Below, in pieces: positions 14,728 through 27,033 of a stretch of DNA of 64,000 nt; the first letter of the stretch is position 1, and each line of letters begins with the position of its first letter. Position numbers and translations under genes: made by a program. The stretch covers positions 60,209,420-60,273,419 of the forward strand of contig NC_068988.1 of the NCBI RefSeq assembly GCF_001194135.2. The letters run 5' to 3'. Origin of the DNA: Octopus bimaculoides. Lineage: Eukaryota. A model generated the notes under the pieces. That model had not been told where the DNA came from. It did not search any database and saw only the letters and a program-made list of their open reading frames with translations.

Positions 14728-15400
14728 TACATTCACAATAATAATAAGAAAATATAGAAATTTTATATGGACCGTTGATTAGCCTGAAATAACAAGCAAA
14801 CCTACACAAAGAAATAAACATTTATCACTACTAAGAAATGTTTGCTTATGACTTGATTGATATTTTTTTTTCTTTTTATTTTATCATAGCTCTATTCGCT
14901 CAGGGGTGTATTTAATTATGGCTTTAATATTCCAATGTCATCAGGAATCATATGCGTGATTCTCCACCATGGTTGTATTGTATTATTGGTCTTCTCCCAT
15001 GTTCTACTCCCCCAGGGCTGTATTGATAGTACGTTGCGCGTTGTTTTGGTTGTATTCGATCCTAGATCTTGCCCCAATAAGGCCGTCTTTGCAAAGCGAG
15101 ATTCTCAACTCCACAGGCAAACAATGTATCTTCGTTACAGCTACAAAAGCTAGAATTAATATGGAATGTGACTTTGTGATATTTTTGTGGCATGCATTCT
15201 AGCTAGCGAGTTATCAATACCTACTTTTGCTGGTGACTAACGCATGTGTTTATATATCTATTACTGTATACATAATGAGACTTTTTTCCTTTTCAGCAGG
15301 TCATGCGACTGCATAACGGCTCTCAAGCTGGCTCGAAAGGGAGATTTTGAAATCTGTTAGCAAACACGTTTCGTTGGCAAATAACAACAACAATAATAAT

Positions 15401-15656
15401 GATCATAGCAGGTGCCTTCGGTATAATAAAAAAATATTCAGACAAATACATAACAAAAACACCAGGACTTACAAATATATATAACATACAGAAAATTGCA
15501 CTACTGGGCACTCCACACATCCTACGCAAAACACTTTCAATACAGTAACTATAAGAGCACCACAGCAAACCACAGCACATACCCAAAGCACACAGAGCTG
15601 CGCTCGGTAGTGAAGTGAAAGCACGTTATAAAAATAAAACTACTGAACAATAATAA
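15401..15656 (+). mobile_element. 5'-truncated 3' end of a REL-endonuclease LINE (same family as 716-1372)
   Basis: IIAGAFGIIKKYSDKYITKTPGLTNIYNIQKIALLGTPHILRKTLSIQ* plus the shared 3' UTR. Preceded by aacaacaacaataataat and followed by aataataa, then a gap. Confidence 0.8.
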
Positions 15657-16215
15657 NNNNNNNNNNNNNNNNNNNNNNNNNNNNNNNNNNNNNNNNNNNN
15701 NNNNNNNNNNNNNNNNNNNNNNNNNNNNNNNNNNNNNNNNNNNNNNNNNNNNNNNNNNNNNNNNNNNNNNNNNNNNNNNNNNNNNNNNNNNNNNNNNNNN
15801 NNNNNNNNNNNNNNNNNNNNNNNNNNNNNNNNNNNNNNNNNNNNNNNNNNNNNNNNNNNNNNNNNNNNNNNNNNNNNNNNNNNNNNNNNNNNNNNNNNNN
15901 NNNNNNNNNNNNNNNNNNNNNNNNNNNNNNNNNNNNNNNNNNNNNNNNNNNNNNNNNNNNNNNNNNNNNNNNNNNNNNNNNNNNNNNNNNNNNNNNNNNN
16001 NNNNNNNNNNNNNNNNNNNNNNNNNNNNNNNNNNNNNNNNNNNNNNNNNNNNNNNNNNNNNNNNNNNNNNNNNNNNNNNNNNNNNNNNNNNNNNNNNNNN
16101 NNNNNNNNNNNNNNNNNNNNNNNNNNNNNNNNNNNNNNNNNNNNNNNNNNNNNNNNNNNNNNNNNNNNNNNNNNNNNNNNNNNNNNNNNNNNNNNNNNNN
16201 NNNNNNNNNNNNNNN

Positions 16216-16940
16216 ATCATGTTGTCTCCATGTGCGCCTACAGAGTATCTCAACAGGGATGATAGAGCTGCACAATATATTCACTGGGTAATATGCAAAA
16301 ACCTGGACTTGCCCCATGATAAAAACTGGTGGGAACACAAACCACCCCCAGTACTTGAAAATTATCACATCGCACTCCTCTGGAACTTCACCAATCAAAC
16401 TGACAGAAAGATAGATGCAAATAGGCCAGACATCATACTGAAAGCCTTCAGACAAAAATCATACATCCTCATTGATTTGACTGTCCCAATCGATATAAAC
16501 GTATCTGTGAAGACCTACCAAAAACTGAGCAAATATAAAGATCTTGAAATAGAAATTAGCAAAATGTGGAATCTGAGGGTTAAAACAATACCTATTGTCA
16601 TAGGTGCCCTGGGAATGACAGCGAAACCGGCTGATTACTACCTAGCTCAGATACCAGGAAACCCCAAAATGGCTGAAGTTCAAAAGATAGTGCTCATGGG
16701 AACTGCCCATTTCCTACGTAAAATACTGTGTATGTGATCTCAGATTTTAAAACAAACACATAATTTTCTTATGGTTTCTTAAACATTCTCTAGAACAACA
16801 CTATGTACAAATTCAAATATATGGTACCCTAGGCACAACACCTACAGGAACTTCTAACTTGTTGTCTCTTGAGGTCTCTGGGTGAGACTTGGATCCAACT
16901 TGTACAAATGCAAAACAAAAGTCAAACGTAAAATAATAAT
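16216..16940 (+). mobile_element. REL-endonuclease LINE 3' part with an uninterrupted endonuclease reading frame (16219-16737)
   Basis: YLNRDDRAAQYIHW...LLWNFTNQTDRKIDANRPDIIL...IDLTVP...KLSKYKDLEIEISKMW...IPIVIGALG matches the restriction-like endonuclease of R4/Hero-type elements. The 5' part is lost in an N gap and the tail is aaaataataat. Confidence 0.88.
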
Positions 16941-16964
16941 GAAAATGGTTTCAAATTTTGCCAC

Positions 16965-17160
16965 AAGGGCAGCCACTTTGTGGGAGGGGACAAGTCGATC
17001 TCATCGACGCCAGTGTTCAACTGGTACTTATTTTATCGACCCCGAAAAGATGAACGCCGTATTCGACCGCGGTGGAATTTGAACTCAGAACGTAGTGGCA
17101 GACGAAATACCATAAGGCATTTAGCTCGGCGTGTTAACGATTCTGCCAGCTCACCACCTT
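16965..17160 (-). mobile_element. SINE family B copy, adjacent to an (AAT)n tract
   Basis: caagtcgatctcatcgacgccagtg...gaatttgaactcagaacgta...ctgccagctcaccacctt. Confidence 0.8.
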
Positions 17161-17363
17161 GATAATAATGATGATAATAATAATAATAATAATAATAATA
17201 ATATTTAAAGTACTGATGTTTCTCCTCCAGAAAGTAATGAAACAATAAGAAAAGTGAGACTTATCGAATGAACGATATCTCGAGATGTTTATTTTGAACT
17301 TGTGGAAGGACACGAGATGTCGAAGTATTGTTCATTCGATAACAGTCGCACTCTTCTTATTGT

Positions 17364-17432
<69 letters not shown>

Positions 17433-20085
17433 GATTTTATATTTATTTACTTTTCAAATATTTCTTTTAAGCATTTTTGTAAGGTTACCGCGTTCCACGT
17501 ACATCTCTGTTAGTTTAAAATCTTGACATATCTTGATAAAAAGATACATTTAAAATTGTAGAATGAGAGATAAAGGAGGTTGGGGAAAATGGTTAAGTTA
17601 CGTAAACACTTTGGCGCTATGATGTCAGAAAAACGATAAATGGAAACAAACAAGTGGAATTTACCTTTAGGTAATTTTTTATGGGTGACGTATGAGTGTG
17701 TATTAATTTCTATATGTATGTGTTTTATGCATATATACGTGCGTGCATATGTGTGTGATATACGCGTATGTATATATATGTGTGAGTATGTGTGCGTGTG
17801 TGAATGTATGTGTATGGATGTGTGTGCATTTGTGTGTACAATGCATGTTTCTGAGAATATTATGTATATACACAAGTTTTTACTTTATATGTGAGCGTTG
17901 TGTGTATTTCTCTTGCACGTATGTTGTACGAATGTATGCGTTTTATTATTAATGTAATTGCCTGAGCCCTGAAACATCCAATAATCAATCAAAAGTGCGA
18001 ACAATAAAAATATATCTAACGCTAAATCCAACTTTTCTAGAACATGGTATTTTTTCAAGAAATCTAGTATAAATATAATCATCTCACAAAACAATATAAT
18101 GTCTTTTTGATCTTTTGTGCCTGGAGCTAGTTTTGTTCTAGAGGGTATACCTTACGTGATGTTATCTGGTTTATTTTATTTCAAATTAACCTTGTTTGAT
18201 TGTATATTCCTGAATAACTACTTCTTCCTTTGAGAATATATCAACACTTAAAATGTTTATCTACACTAAAAGAACTTTAATCGCATAGATCAATGTCTAA
18301 TGAGGCGTTGTCGTCGTAGGTAAAAACTGATGATCACTGCTTCCTGAAGCTGTAGGGTAGATATAAAAAGCTTTCTTGTTTCTTTGAAAAATGGTGGTAG
18401 AATGAAATGATGGTTGATGTTTGACGGGTTGTTGAGGTTGTACAGACAGATAGTTGATGGTTGGTAAGGTACCGTCGTCATCGAATAAGATGACGTCAAC
18501 GATTGCTAAATTATCGACGAGTTTGTACAAGCTGCGGCACATGAAAGGTAAAGTGTCGTCGTCGTAGAACAATGTGGCAGGTGATGTTTGGTGAGGTATC
18601 GTTGTTGTAGTGTGACAGATGTTTTATTAGATATCGTTGTCGTGGAGTAGGGTGATGTTGATGGATGGTGATGTGTCTTCACGGTAAAATAAAGTGACGA
18701 TTGATGTTTAATGAGATGCCGTTGTCGAACCATATGGCTTTGGTGTTTGGTGAGGTATCTACGCATGACAAAGTTTATGTTTATAGATGCCTTGTGATGT
18801 GTTGCCATGAGATGAAAGAGTGACGGTAGATAGATACATGTTAGTGATAGTAATAGGTACAGGTTTGTGTGTGTGTGAAAGTGTGTGCATGTTAAAATCA
18901 TATGAAGTGTGTATGTGCCTCACTGTATGTGTATATTTACATGCTTGCGCAATTGCATGTCTGCATGTATCTGCATGCATATTTGCGTACATGTCTACTT
19001 GTATATACGAGCTTGTTTACTTTTTATGTCACCTGTTGTCCCATGCGTATAGTATATCTAACAGGGAAGAAGTAGAAGGAGAGAGACCTATCTATTCCAT
19101 TAAAATTGGTTGGTGGTTGCCACATTGAACCAAGTAAAGCTAAAAATGTACGCATTTATCATAGTGCCACGACTAGGTTGTACAATAGTGTTGTAAAGCA
19201 GTCTTTTATCACTTTTGTATCTGTCTTTTGATGACGGTTGTCGTTCTGCCAGATATTGTTATATTCCAGAGACGTCGATAGAATAGTTCCATCTGGTTCT
19301 GTATGACACCCGATCGTACAGTGTTATTACCCTCAAAGGGTTTGATCATTATAACATCCACTCAGTATCACAGTATAATTACTATATCAACACAGACACG
19401 ACTATTAACAGTCTACACGTATTCTCGACCTTCTACCTTCTCTGTCGACCGGCTACCACCACTTTTTACCGGGAGGGTGTACAGTTTCTGCAGTCGAGTA
19501 GCAGTTGTGTAGCGGTTGAGTAGAGATCATTCGAAGGTGCTAGATAGCAGTAGCTTGAGACATAGCAGTTTCACTATACGACAGATAGTTCTATTACTTC
19601 ATTGCTTGATCTGCAATAAACAGCGGCCAAATTTCCCTCAAACCATACCCAGCCCTCATTAAAGAATTATGATATAAGTATTATTGGTTAATGAGGATCT
19701 ATATGATATATATTTCAGAAGTAATCTTATGGTCACAAATGGACGTCTTTTAATCGTATTTAATCGTATCTGTTCCGTAAGATACGATCCGAAAGAATAC
19801 AATTATTTACATCTTACCAGAGTAAACTAATTAATTTATCGTTCATGACTCCACGATAGCAACTAAAATCAAATCTTTCACCTTTCACCCCATACAAGAT
19901 TAACTATTGACACAATATTATAAATGCATGACGTTATGAGTGAAATAATTTAATTTAATGTAATTCAACTAATAATATTTATGCTTGAGGAAAAGAAAAC
20001 TTTAATTCACTGTAAGAGACAGGTACTCTAATCATTTTTGAATGACAATATGTCTTCTCACCAAATAAGGAATAAGTTACGCTTT

Positions 20086-20146
20086 AAGGTAGAGATATAA
20101 TAAGACAGAGAGAGAAACTCTCTCTGTCTTATTATATCTCTACCTT
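20086..20146. repeat. Perfect hairpin with a 29-bp stem and 3-nt loop
   Basis: aaggtagagatataataagacagagagag-aaa-ctctctctgtcttattatatctctacctt. Confidence 0.92.
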
Positions 20147-20433
20147 GAGAAATATATATATGGATAGCTTCTTAAAATCATTCTCTTTACATACGCTTTA
20201 TTATCTTTATCTGCTTTTTTTCTGTTTGATTTTACTTTTTCAGTCATTTCACTGCAGACATGCTGCAGGACAACCATGAAAGATTTTACTTGAACAAATC
20301 AACTCCAGGACTTTTTAAAGCCTAGTACATATTATATCGGTTCCTTTTGCCGAACTACTTATTTACGGGCTGTAAATATATCAATGCTGGTTAATTATAT
20401 ATATATTCTAGCAGAAATTAGAGATATACTCAC

Positions 20434-20636
20434 GTAAATTATATTACGGGATGTGTTCTTCTGGTCAATTTCAACAAGCACTGGTATTAGTGGCATTGCA
20501 CCAAATTGTGCTCTTGCATTTACCATGTAGTCAATTAGAGATTCATTGGCTTTCCATCCTTTGGTCACTATTGGCATTCCACCTGCTTCTTGTACCAAAT
20601 AATTAACATTCATAAATGATTTTTCTTTGATGTAAT
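20434..20636 (-). CDS. M13 peptidase exon (GG[W/M]P to D-x-KN-x-S-x-N region)
   Basis: Acceptor tatatatcaatag|AT and donor ATAATTTAC|gtgagt. 203 nt, phase 1 in and phase 0 out. Encodes (Y)YIKEKSFMNVNYLVQEAGGMPIVTKGWKANESLIDYMVNARAQFGAMPLIPVLVEIDQKNTSRNIIY, equivalent to the neprilysin GGWP...DDKNS region. Confidence 0.9.
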
Positions 20637-21119
20637 CTATTGATATATAGAAAATACAAAAGAAATGAGAAAAAAAGCATTCATTGGCTTCACAAAAATA
20701 CATAATATGGGTAATCGGGCGTGTTGCTGATTAAATGCACCCGATCCCCCTCTTTTACTTTCTAACCGTTATTGTGAAAGCATCAATAACCGTATTGAGG
20801 GTCCTCTGAGGATGCTGGAATAAAGGGAGAAATAATGGAATTTGCTAAAGGCACACAAGGACTGTGTGATGGTGGTGACCATGTTGAAACAAAAATTCTA
20901 TCCAATAACCCAGCGCAAAAGAAGGACAACGGAACCCCAATGGAAACTCTCTATGTTCTCGGTTGACCAGCTAAAACTAACGACCAAATATAGTACAAAT
21001 CACATTTTATAGTTTCGGAAACAGATAATGTGGATAACGTTAAAATGGATCATCTATATAAAAGAAAAAAATGACCGGATGGACACTGTCGGAATGCAAC
21101 GTTTTCTTGTCAGTGGAAG

Positions 21120-21180
<61 letters not shown>

Positions 21181-21705
21181 GGAAAAGGATTAGAGATTAT
21201 TACAAATCAATTTTTTTATATATAAATGAGGGAGGTGGAAACAGCACAGAAGTAAATCTAAGACATTTCAATTTAGAAAGAATTTAATAAAATGATTTCA
21301 AAATTATATAAAGAAAGTAGAAAATATTACCGGTCGTAATGATGAATTTCACCTTGTCAAATATTAACAAATCTTCATGAAATATCGAAGTAAAAACAGT
21401 TTATCTTCTGTTTGATGGTCAAAACACGTGTGCAATTTTTTTTCGTTGAGGTCGTCTTTAAATATAGTTTGGTATAGAGTTCAAGGTGTTAGATAGAAAG
21501 ACAGGGGATGTAGTTGTCTATTGTCCAAAGAAATCTGTGAGTTCCTGCCGAGGGAGTGGCTTAAAACCATTTATTGAATAGGTTTTATGCCTTCCTGTGT
21601 GTGAGTGTCTGTTTGCGTGCGTGTGTGTGTGTGTATGTGTGCGTTGAATATTCTTTCAATATGTTTGGTATGTGACGAACTGTATGTTCGTAGGTGTGTA
21701 TGCTA

Positions 21706-22538
21706 CAGGGTGCGAGGGGTAAATTATGACCATTTTATATTTTTTCGTGAGAGCGCATTGTTTTTTTTTTTTATTTTGTCGACTTTACACTATAGTGCGG
21801 TTAGTTGCGCAACGTCTGAGTAAAACAGCATCATGGCACAATTCATTCTGACAGAAATTTGGAAAGGACATGCTGTACTGTTCGGCATTCGCCCCAGAAT
21901 TTCAGCGTGTTTGGGTATCAATCTGAGGACGTACCGAGAGTGATGAAAATCATCATCTAGTCAACATCATGGTATTTGGAGTGATCACTAGTGATGACGA
22001 CTTTATGCCTTCAGCTATCTTCCCATACGGCCTCAGACTCAAAACGGAGTCCTACATCAAATGCCTGGAAGAGGTACTGCTCCCCTGGATCAAGGGCTTT
22101 GCTGCTGGAAGACCCTATGCCTAGCAATAGAACTTTTCACCATGCCACACTGGTAGGAGAACCCAATCATTGCTGTCAGACAATTTTTGCGACCACATCA
22201 CTCCTAACATGTAACCAACTATCTCCCCAGTCAGCAACCCCCTTGGTTATTATGTGTGGGGTGCAGTTGAGCGAGAGACCAACAAAACTCATAAAGATGA
22301 ACTGAAGGCAAGGATTATTGCAGTATTCACTAACTTAAACAACTAGACCGTCCAGAAAAATTCTGGAGTAGTCTGGAGGCCGTGGGTGAAACCTATGACG
22401 ATTTTATTGAATAAATTTATTCTTTAATATTTTGTGATATTTTTATGTAATTTTGGTAAAATATAACTGTTTAAATGAGATGTCAGTGTTATTTTTCTTT
22501 TTGTGTAAGTTATACGACAATATATTCACTGCACCCTG
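21706..22538 (+). mobile_element. Decayed Tc1/mariner-superfamily element, maT (DD37D)-like
   Basis: Termini ta|cagggtgc ... gcaccctg. The interior translates to NIMVFGVITSD...YIKCLEEVLLPWIK...RPYA*Q*NFSPCHT...SNPLGYYVWGAVERETNK, a degraded match to QQDSAPxH and NPLDYxVWG. Confidence 0.75.
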
Positions 22539-22541
22539 TGT

Positions 22542-22542
<1 letters not shown>

Positions 22543-22607
<65 letters not shown>

Positions 22608-22734
22608 GGATGGATGGATGGATGGATGGATGGATGGATGGATGGATGGATGGACGAACATACATACATACAGACAGACAGACAGACAGACAGACGGACG
22701 GACGGACGGACGGACAGACAGACAGACAGATAGA

Positions 22735-22765
<31 letters not shown>
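22543..22765. repeat. Compound tetranucleotide microsatellite (ATAG/ATGG/ACAG/ACGG)n
   Basis: Directly visible. It starts at the TA next to the right end of the maT-like element. Confidence 0.95.
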
Positions 22766-22929
22766 TGACACACACAAACATACATATGTATGTAGTAACA
22801 AAGATCACAAAAGTGACAGAGTACTGGCTAGCACCGCTTTTGCTACAAATAAGAGTTAAAACAGCCTAAAGCCACAAAAGCACTCTCAGAATGTACTGTG
22901 ATACTGAGTGGATGCTATAATGTCAGCGT

Positions 22930-22990
22930 ACATAGTCTGATCGCGATTTCGGATTTTGATGTGGACCATCTTAATCCTCATCAGCGAGTC
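22930..22990 (-). ncRNA. Type I hammerhead ribozyme motif: intact catalytic core, imperfect stem I
   Basis: Minus strand reads gactcg CTGATGA ggatt-aa-gatg-gtcca-catc-aa-aatcc GAAA tcgcga TC agact. Core CUGAUGA at 22984-22978, G10.1-C11.1 stem II, GAAA at 22950-22947, palindromic stem III AUCGCGAU, AUC cleavage triplet (predicted cut between 22939 and 22938). Confidence 0.8.
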
Positions 22991-23169
22991 TTAATCCCAA
23001 GAGTTAAATTGAAAAACCGTTGAAAACATGTACCGATTTTCAAAATAGTTTATACTCTATCAAATTTGTGACATCTATTAATTCTGCATTTAGATTCTAA
23101 TTGCTAATAAACCACCATTTTTAATTTGTTGTTTATACTTTTAATTTGTGTTTAACCCTAGGCGTTAAG

Positions 23170-23226
23170 CGTTACTAACGTGGGTTAAGATGGCCTACAT
23201 CAAAACCCGAAATCGCAATCCGACTA
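23170..23226 (+). ncRNA. Degenerate hammerhead copy (core mutated to CUAACGU), inverted partner of the 22930-22990 motif
   Basis: Reads ctaacgt gggtt-aa-gatg-gccta-catc-aa-aaccc GAAA tcgcaa TC cgact. Stem II is kept by a compensatory A-U to G-C change. The core differs from CUGANGA at two positions. Confidence 0.65.
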
Positions 23227-24424
23227 TGTACCTCCTTTCGTCAGGATTGTTGTGGCTTCTGAGTTGTTGCAACTCTTATTTTTAACAAAAGCGGTGCCAG
23301 TCAGTAGCCTCTGTCACTTTTGTGACCTCTATTAATTATGCTTTTAGGCTCTAAACGCTAATAAGCCGTTGTANNNNNNNNNNTACAGATACAGACGCAG
23401 ACACACAGACACAGACACACAAACACACAAACACACAAACACACAAACACACAGACACACACAGACACACACATACTCACTCACTCCACTTTAGTTCAAA
23501 TACGTATTTCGTGGTCGGCTGCTTTAAGAGCATTACAAATGTAGTGGCTATAATAGACAATAACTTTGTTTCTTTTAATATAACATCAACTAGGTGTAAG
23601 AATAAATGTTACGTCCAACGTTATCACCGTCCAACTTTACCTCTCATTTTGATTCACGATAACGATTATATACGCAAACTGTTCTTGATTGATATCGCAG
23701 ATTATTGGATAAAATTTGATGATTATTATGAGCTTTAAATTCTGGGCCGCATTCTAAGGAAATAGGTTAGTTTTTCAGCTCCTGGTGTGCCTTACTCTAA
23801 TGTAGTTTATCAAAACCTTTATGTGGAACTACATAATTATGTATATAGTCTCGAATTTTAGGAATCTTAATGGAATTGTGACATAAAATGGTTTATATAA
23901 GATTGCATAAAATAATCGGCGCCTTAGTTATACGGTGAACTTTTATGATTTTACAGGTTAAAGTGATATTTCATGCAAGCTTACTTACTATATAAAGGTT
24001 GCTTCATCGATTGGTTTTAAACAAGTTGTTAGATATATATCCTTTAATCAGGAACAAGATCTTTACAAGTGAAGATGAACCTCGATTAATCACAATATCT
24101 ATCTATAAGGTTTACTGTGACTCTGATTAAATAACTCAATTTACTGATTGATCGATTCATTAACGTTTTTCCATAACTTGGAAATAATCTATTGGAAGAA
24201 GAATTGGGTGGGGATCTTATGTGCTGTTTCATAGACGAGAAATTATCAAAAATACAGCGTACAACTAGAAAGAAAGTTCAAACTTTCCTTTCTCTTTGTA
24301 TGTAGTTTAAGTTTGAAAAATTACATATTAATTTCTTGAAGTCTCTAACAACTGCAGCTAAAGGTTTCTATTTTTCTTTCAAATACGATGAATTAACAAT
24401 TTAGCCACAAAAGTTTCAATCATT

Positions 24425-24868
24425 GTTACTCTTTTACTTGTTTCAGTCACTTGACTGCGACCATGCTGGAGCACCGCCTTTAGACGAGCAAATCGACCCC
24501 AGGACTTATTCTTTGTAAGCCTAGTACCTATTCAGTCGGATTTTTTGCCGAACTGCTAAGTTACAGGGACGTAAACACACTAGCATCGGTTGTCAAGCGA
24601 GGTTGGGGGGGGGGAACAAACACAGACACAAAAACATATACACACACATATATATATATACATATATATATATACATATATATATATACATATATACATA
24701 CATACGACAGGCTTCTTTCAGTTTCCGTCTACCAAATCCACTCACAAGGCTTTGATCGGCCCGAGGCTATAGGAGAAGACACTTGCCCAAGGTACCACGC
24801 AGTGGGAATGAACCCGGAACAATGCGGTTGGTAAGCAAGCTACTTACAACACGGTCGCTCTTGCACCT
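24425..24868 (-). mobile_element. SINE family A, full length, possible TSD cattgttact (24421-30 / 24873-82)
   Basis: Aligns along its length with 12373-12779. Confidence 0.85.
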
Positions 24869-24882
24869 GTTGACATTGTTAC

Positions 24883-24915
<33 letters not shown>

Positions 24916-25041
24916 CATTATTGGCGAGCTGGTATGTGAAGTAAAATGCTTAGCAGCTTTTCGTCCGTCTCTCACTGGGTTCGATGTAATGGACTAGTCC
25001 CTTCCACCAAAATTTCAGGCCTTGTGCCTTTAATAAAAAGG

Positions 25042-25104
<63 letters not shown>

Positions 25105-26835
25105 GTTGTCATCATTATCATCATAAAATGCTTGGCAGCCTTTCGTCCCTTCTTTACCTTCTGAGTTCAAATATTATTATTCAATTATTATTATTAGTAG
25201 CGGTGGTGATGGTTGTGGTGGAGGTGATGGTCTTGGTGGAGATGGCGGTGGTGGTGCCGGCGGCTGTGCTGGTGCTGGTGTTTCTGGTGATGCTGGTATT
25301 GATGGTGGTGTTGGTTGAATTGCTGGTGATTGATCATAATGGTGATGATAATGATATTGTGGCTGGATATCCAACACCTAACCCCTTAAATATTTATTCA
25401 ATAATACTTATTGGCCCACTTGAGCCGATTTCTCTTTTTACTTAGGCAAATTATTCTAGTCCAAAAATATTCGTGACTCACTTTTATGCATAAAAGTTTT
25501 GTCGACTGATCAGCCAGTATTTAATACATCCTATTTTCATGAGAGTAAATTGAATTATATCAATATTTGTTCTTGTATTCAAAGACTAGTTTTCCTCCGA
25601 AGCATATAAATATAAGAAGTAATCCTTAATTTCTCGAAATTATCTCTTGTTTGTCTTCAGCGGTCATTCACAATTGCAACAAGGATTTTCCTCGGGCCGA
25701 ATTTCCATGTAATTGCGAAATGTTTCCGTACAGCATTCAGAACATTACATCTCAAAAGGAGCATTCCTTCTCTGTTTTTAACAAGCTCACAAATAAGTGA
25801 TAAGTAAGCCAAAGTAATTTAAGACTGTTTCGCGGATGACGCAAAATCTGTTAACTAAACATTAATCGAATCATCAAGTGCGGTTCTTCGTCAGTGATAC
25901 TAGACAGTTATATTCATTCTTGGCCGGGGCTGGATTTTAAATATGGCACTCATTGTTTTTTTGTTTGTTTGTTTGTTTTTTGGATTATAAGATATTCGCT
26001 AAAATACATCCAGATTCGGAGCTTGACCTTATTAACACCTGTCCAAATTTACTGAATTAGAGAACCTTTTTCCTGCCAGTCAGATCCAGTTTATGATGAA
26101 ATCTGGTCCACAAATCCAAACGTGTTTGACACTATCTCTCACTGACGATCGACTTTGTAAAAGTAACATCCAAATACCCTCAAAAAACATACTCTCGTTT
26201 TGAAAATTTAGAAACTTCATGGTTGGGAAACTGTCCATCAGCTCTTATCTGACAGGCCTACATTAAAGATTATTCCAACCATAGCCATCCCTTTGTATTT
26301 TGAGAAGAAGTGTGTCTGGGCCTATCTGAACAATATTTTCTCCCTAGGTAATTTTAGGAATTCTGGAATATGATTAAAGATGAATTTAGCTGCTCTTTGT
26401 TGCCTCTCGAGTAACTAAGCTGTGGATCCCTTGCTTGCATTAGAAAGATTGACTCAGTGGTTTTTTTTATCTGTGTCTATGGTTACATTATTCAGCACAG
26501 GGTTTTGGAGCCAATAGGATGGAAGTTGCTGAGCATCCTCAAACTGAAGACCTAACTGGAAGATGATTGCAACAGAATGGACTCCATTAAAGTCATACAG
26601 ATTGTTAGATCATGTCATTAAATCTTACGACGAATTAAACCGACCACCCAACAAGGACATTATAGGTTTTAGGAAGCAAGATCCACAAGTAACGTCCCAA
26701 AACACTCGGTTCCACGTTATTACTGTTTCGATAACCGAACTTCCCTGGTACTTTCTGTAATAGATTTTCAGAAATGATGAACGACAAAGTTGAATTCAAA
26801 TATTGTAGTCATAGCAACAATAAAGATAAAGCAGA

Positions 26836-26973
26836 GGCAAGTGTGGCTCTATGGTAGGAAGCTTGCTTCCCAACCGCACGGTGGCACCTTCAACAAGTAT
26901 TTTTTACGGTAGTCTCTAGTCGACCAAAGACTTGTGAGAGGATTTGGTAAACGGTAACCGAAAGAAGCCTGTC

Positions 26974-27033
<60 letters not shown>

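Larger units (their letters stand above)
22801..23330. mobile_element. Fold-back element: two inverted arms (22801-23008 and 23151-23330) around a 142-bp spacer, each arm carrying a hammerhead; probable solo inverted pLTR of a PLE or a retrozyme-like element
   Basis: The reverse complement of the left arm aligns along the right arm (ttaagatggtccacatcaaaatccgaaatcgcgatcagactatgtac vs ttaagatggcctacatcaaaacccgaaatcgcaatccgactatgtac; caaaagcggtgc and ctctgtcacttttgtga shared). No coding capacity was recognised. Confidence 0.7.
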
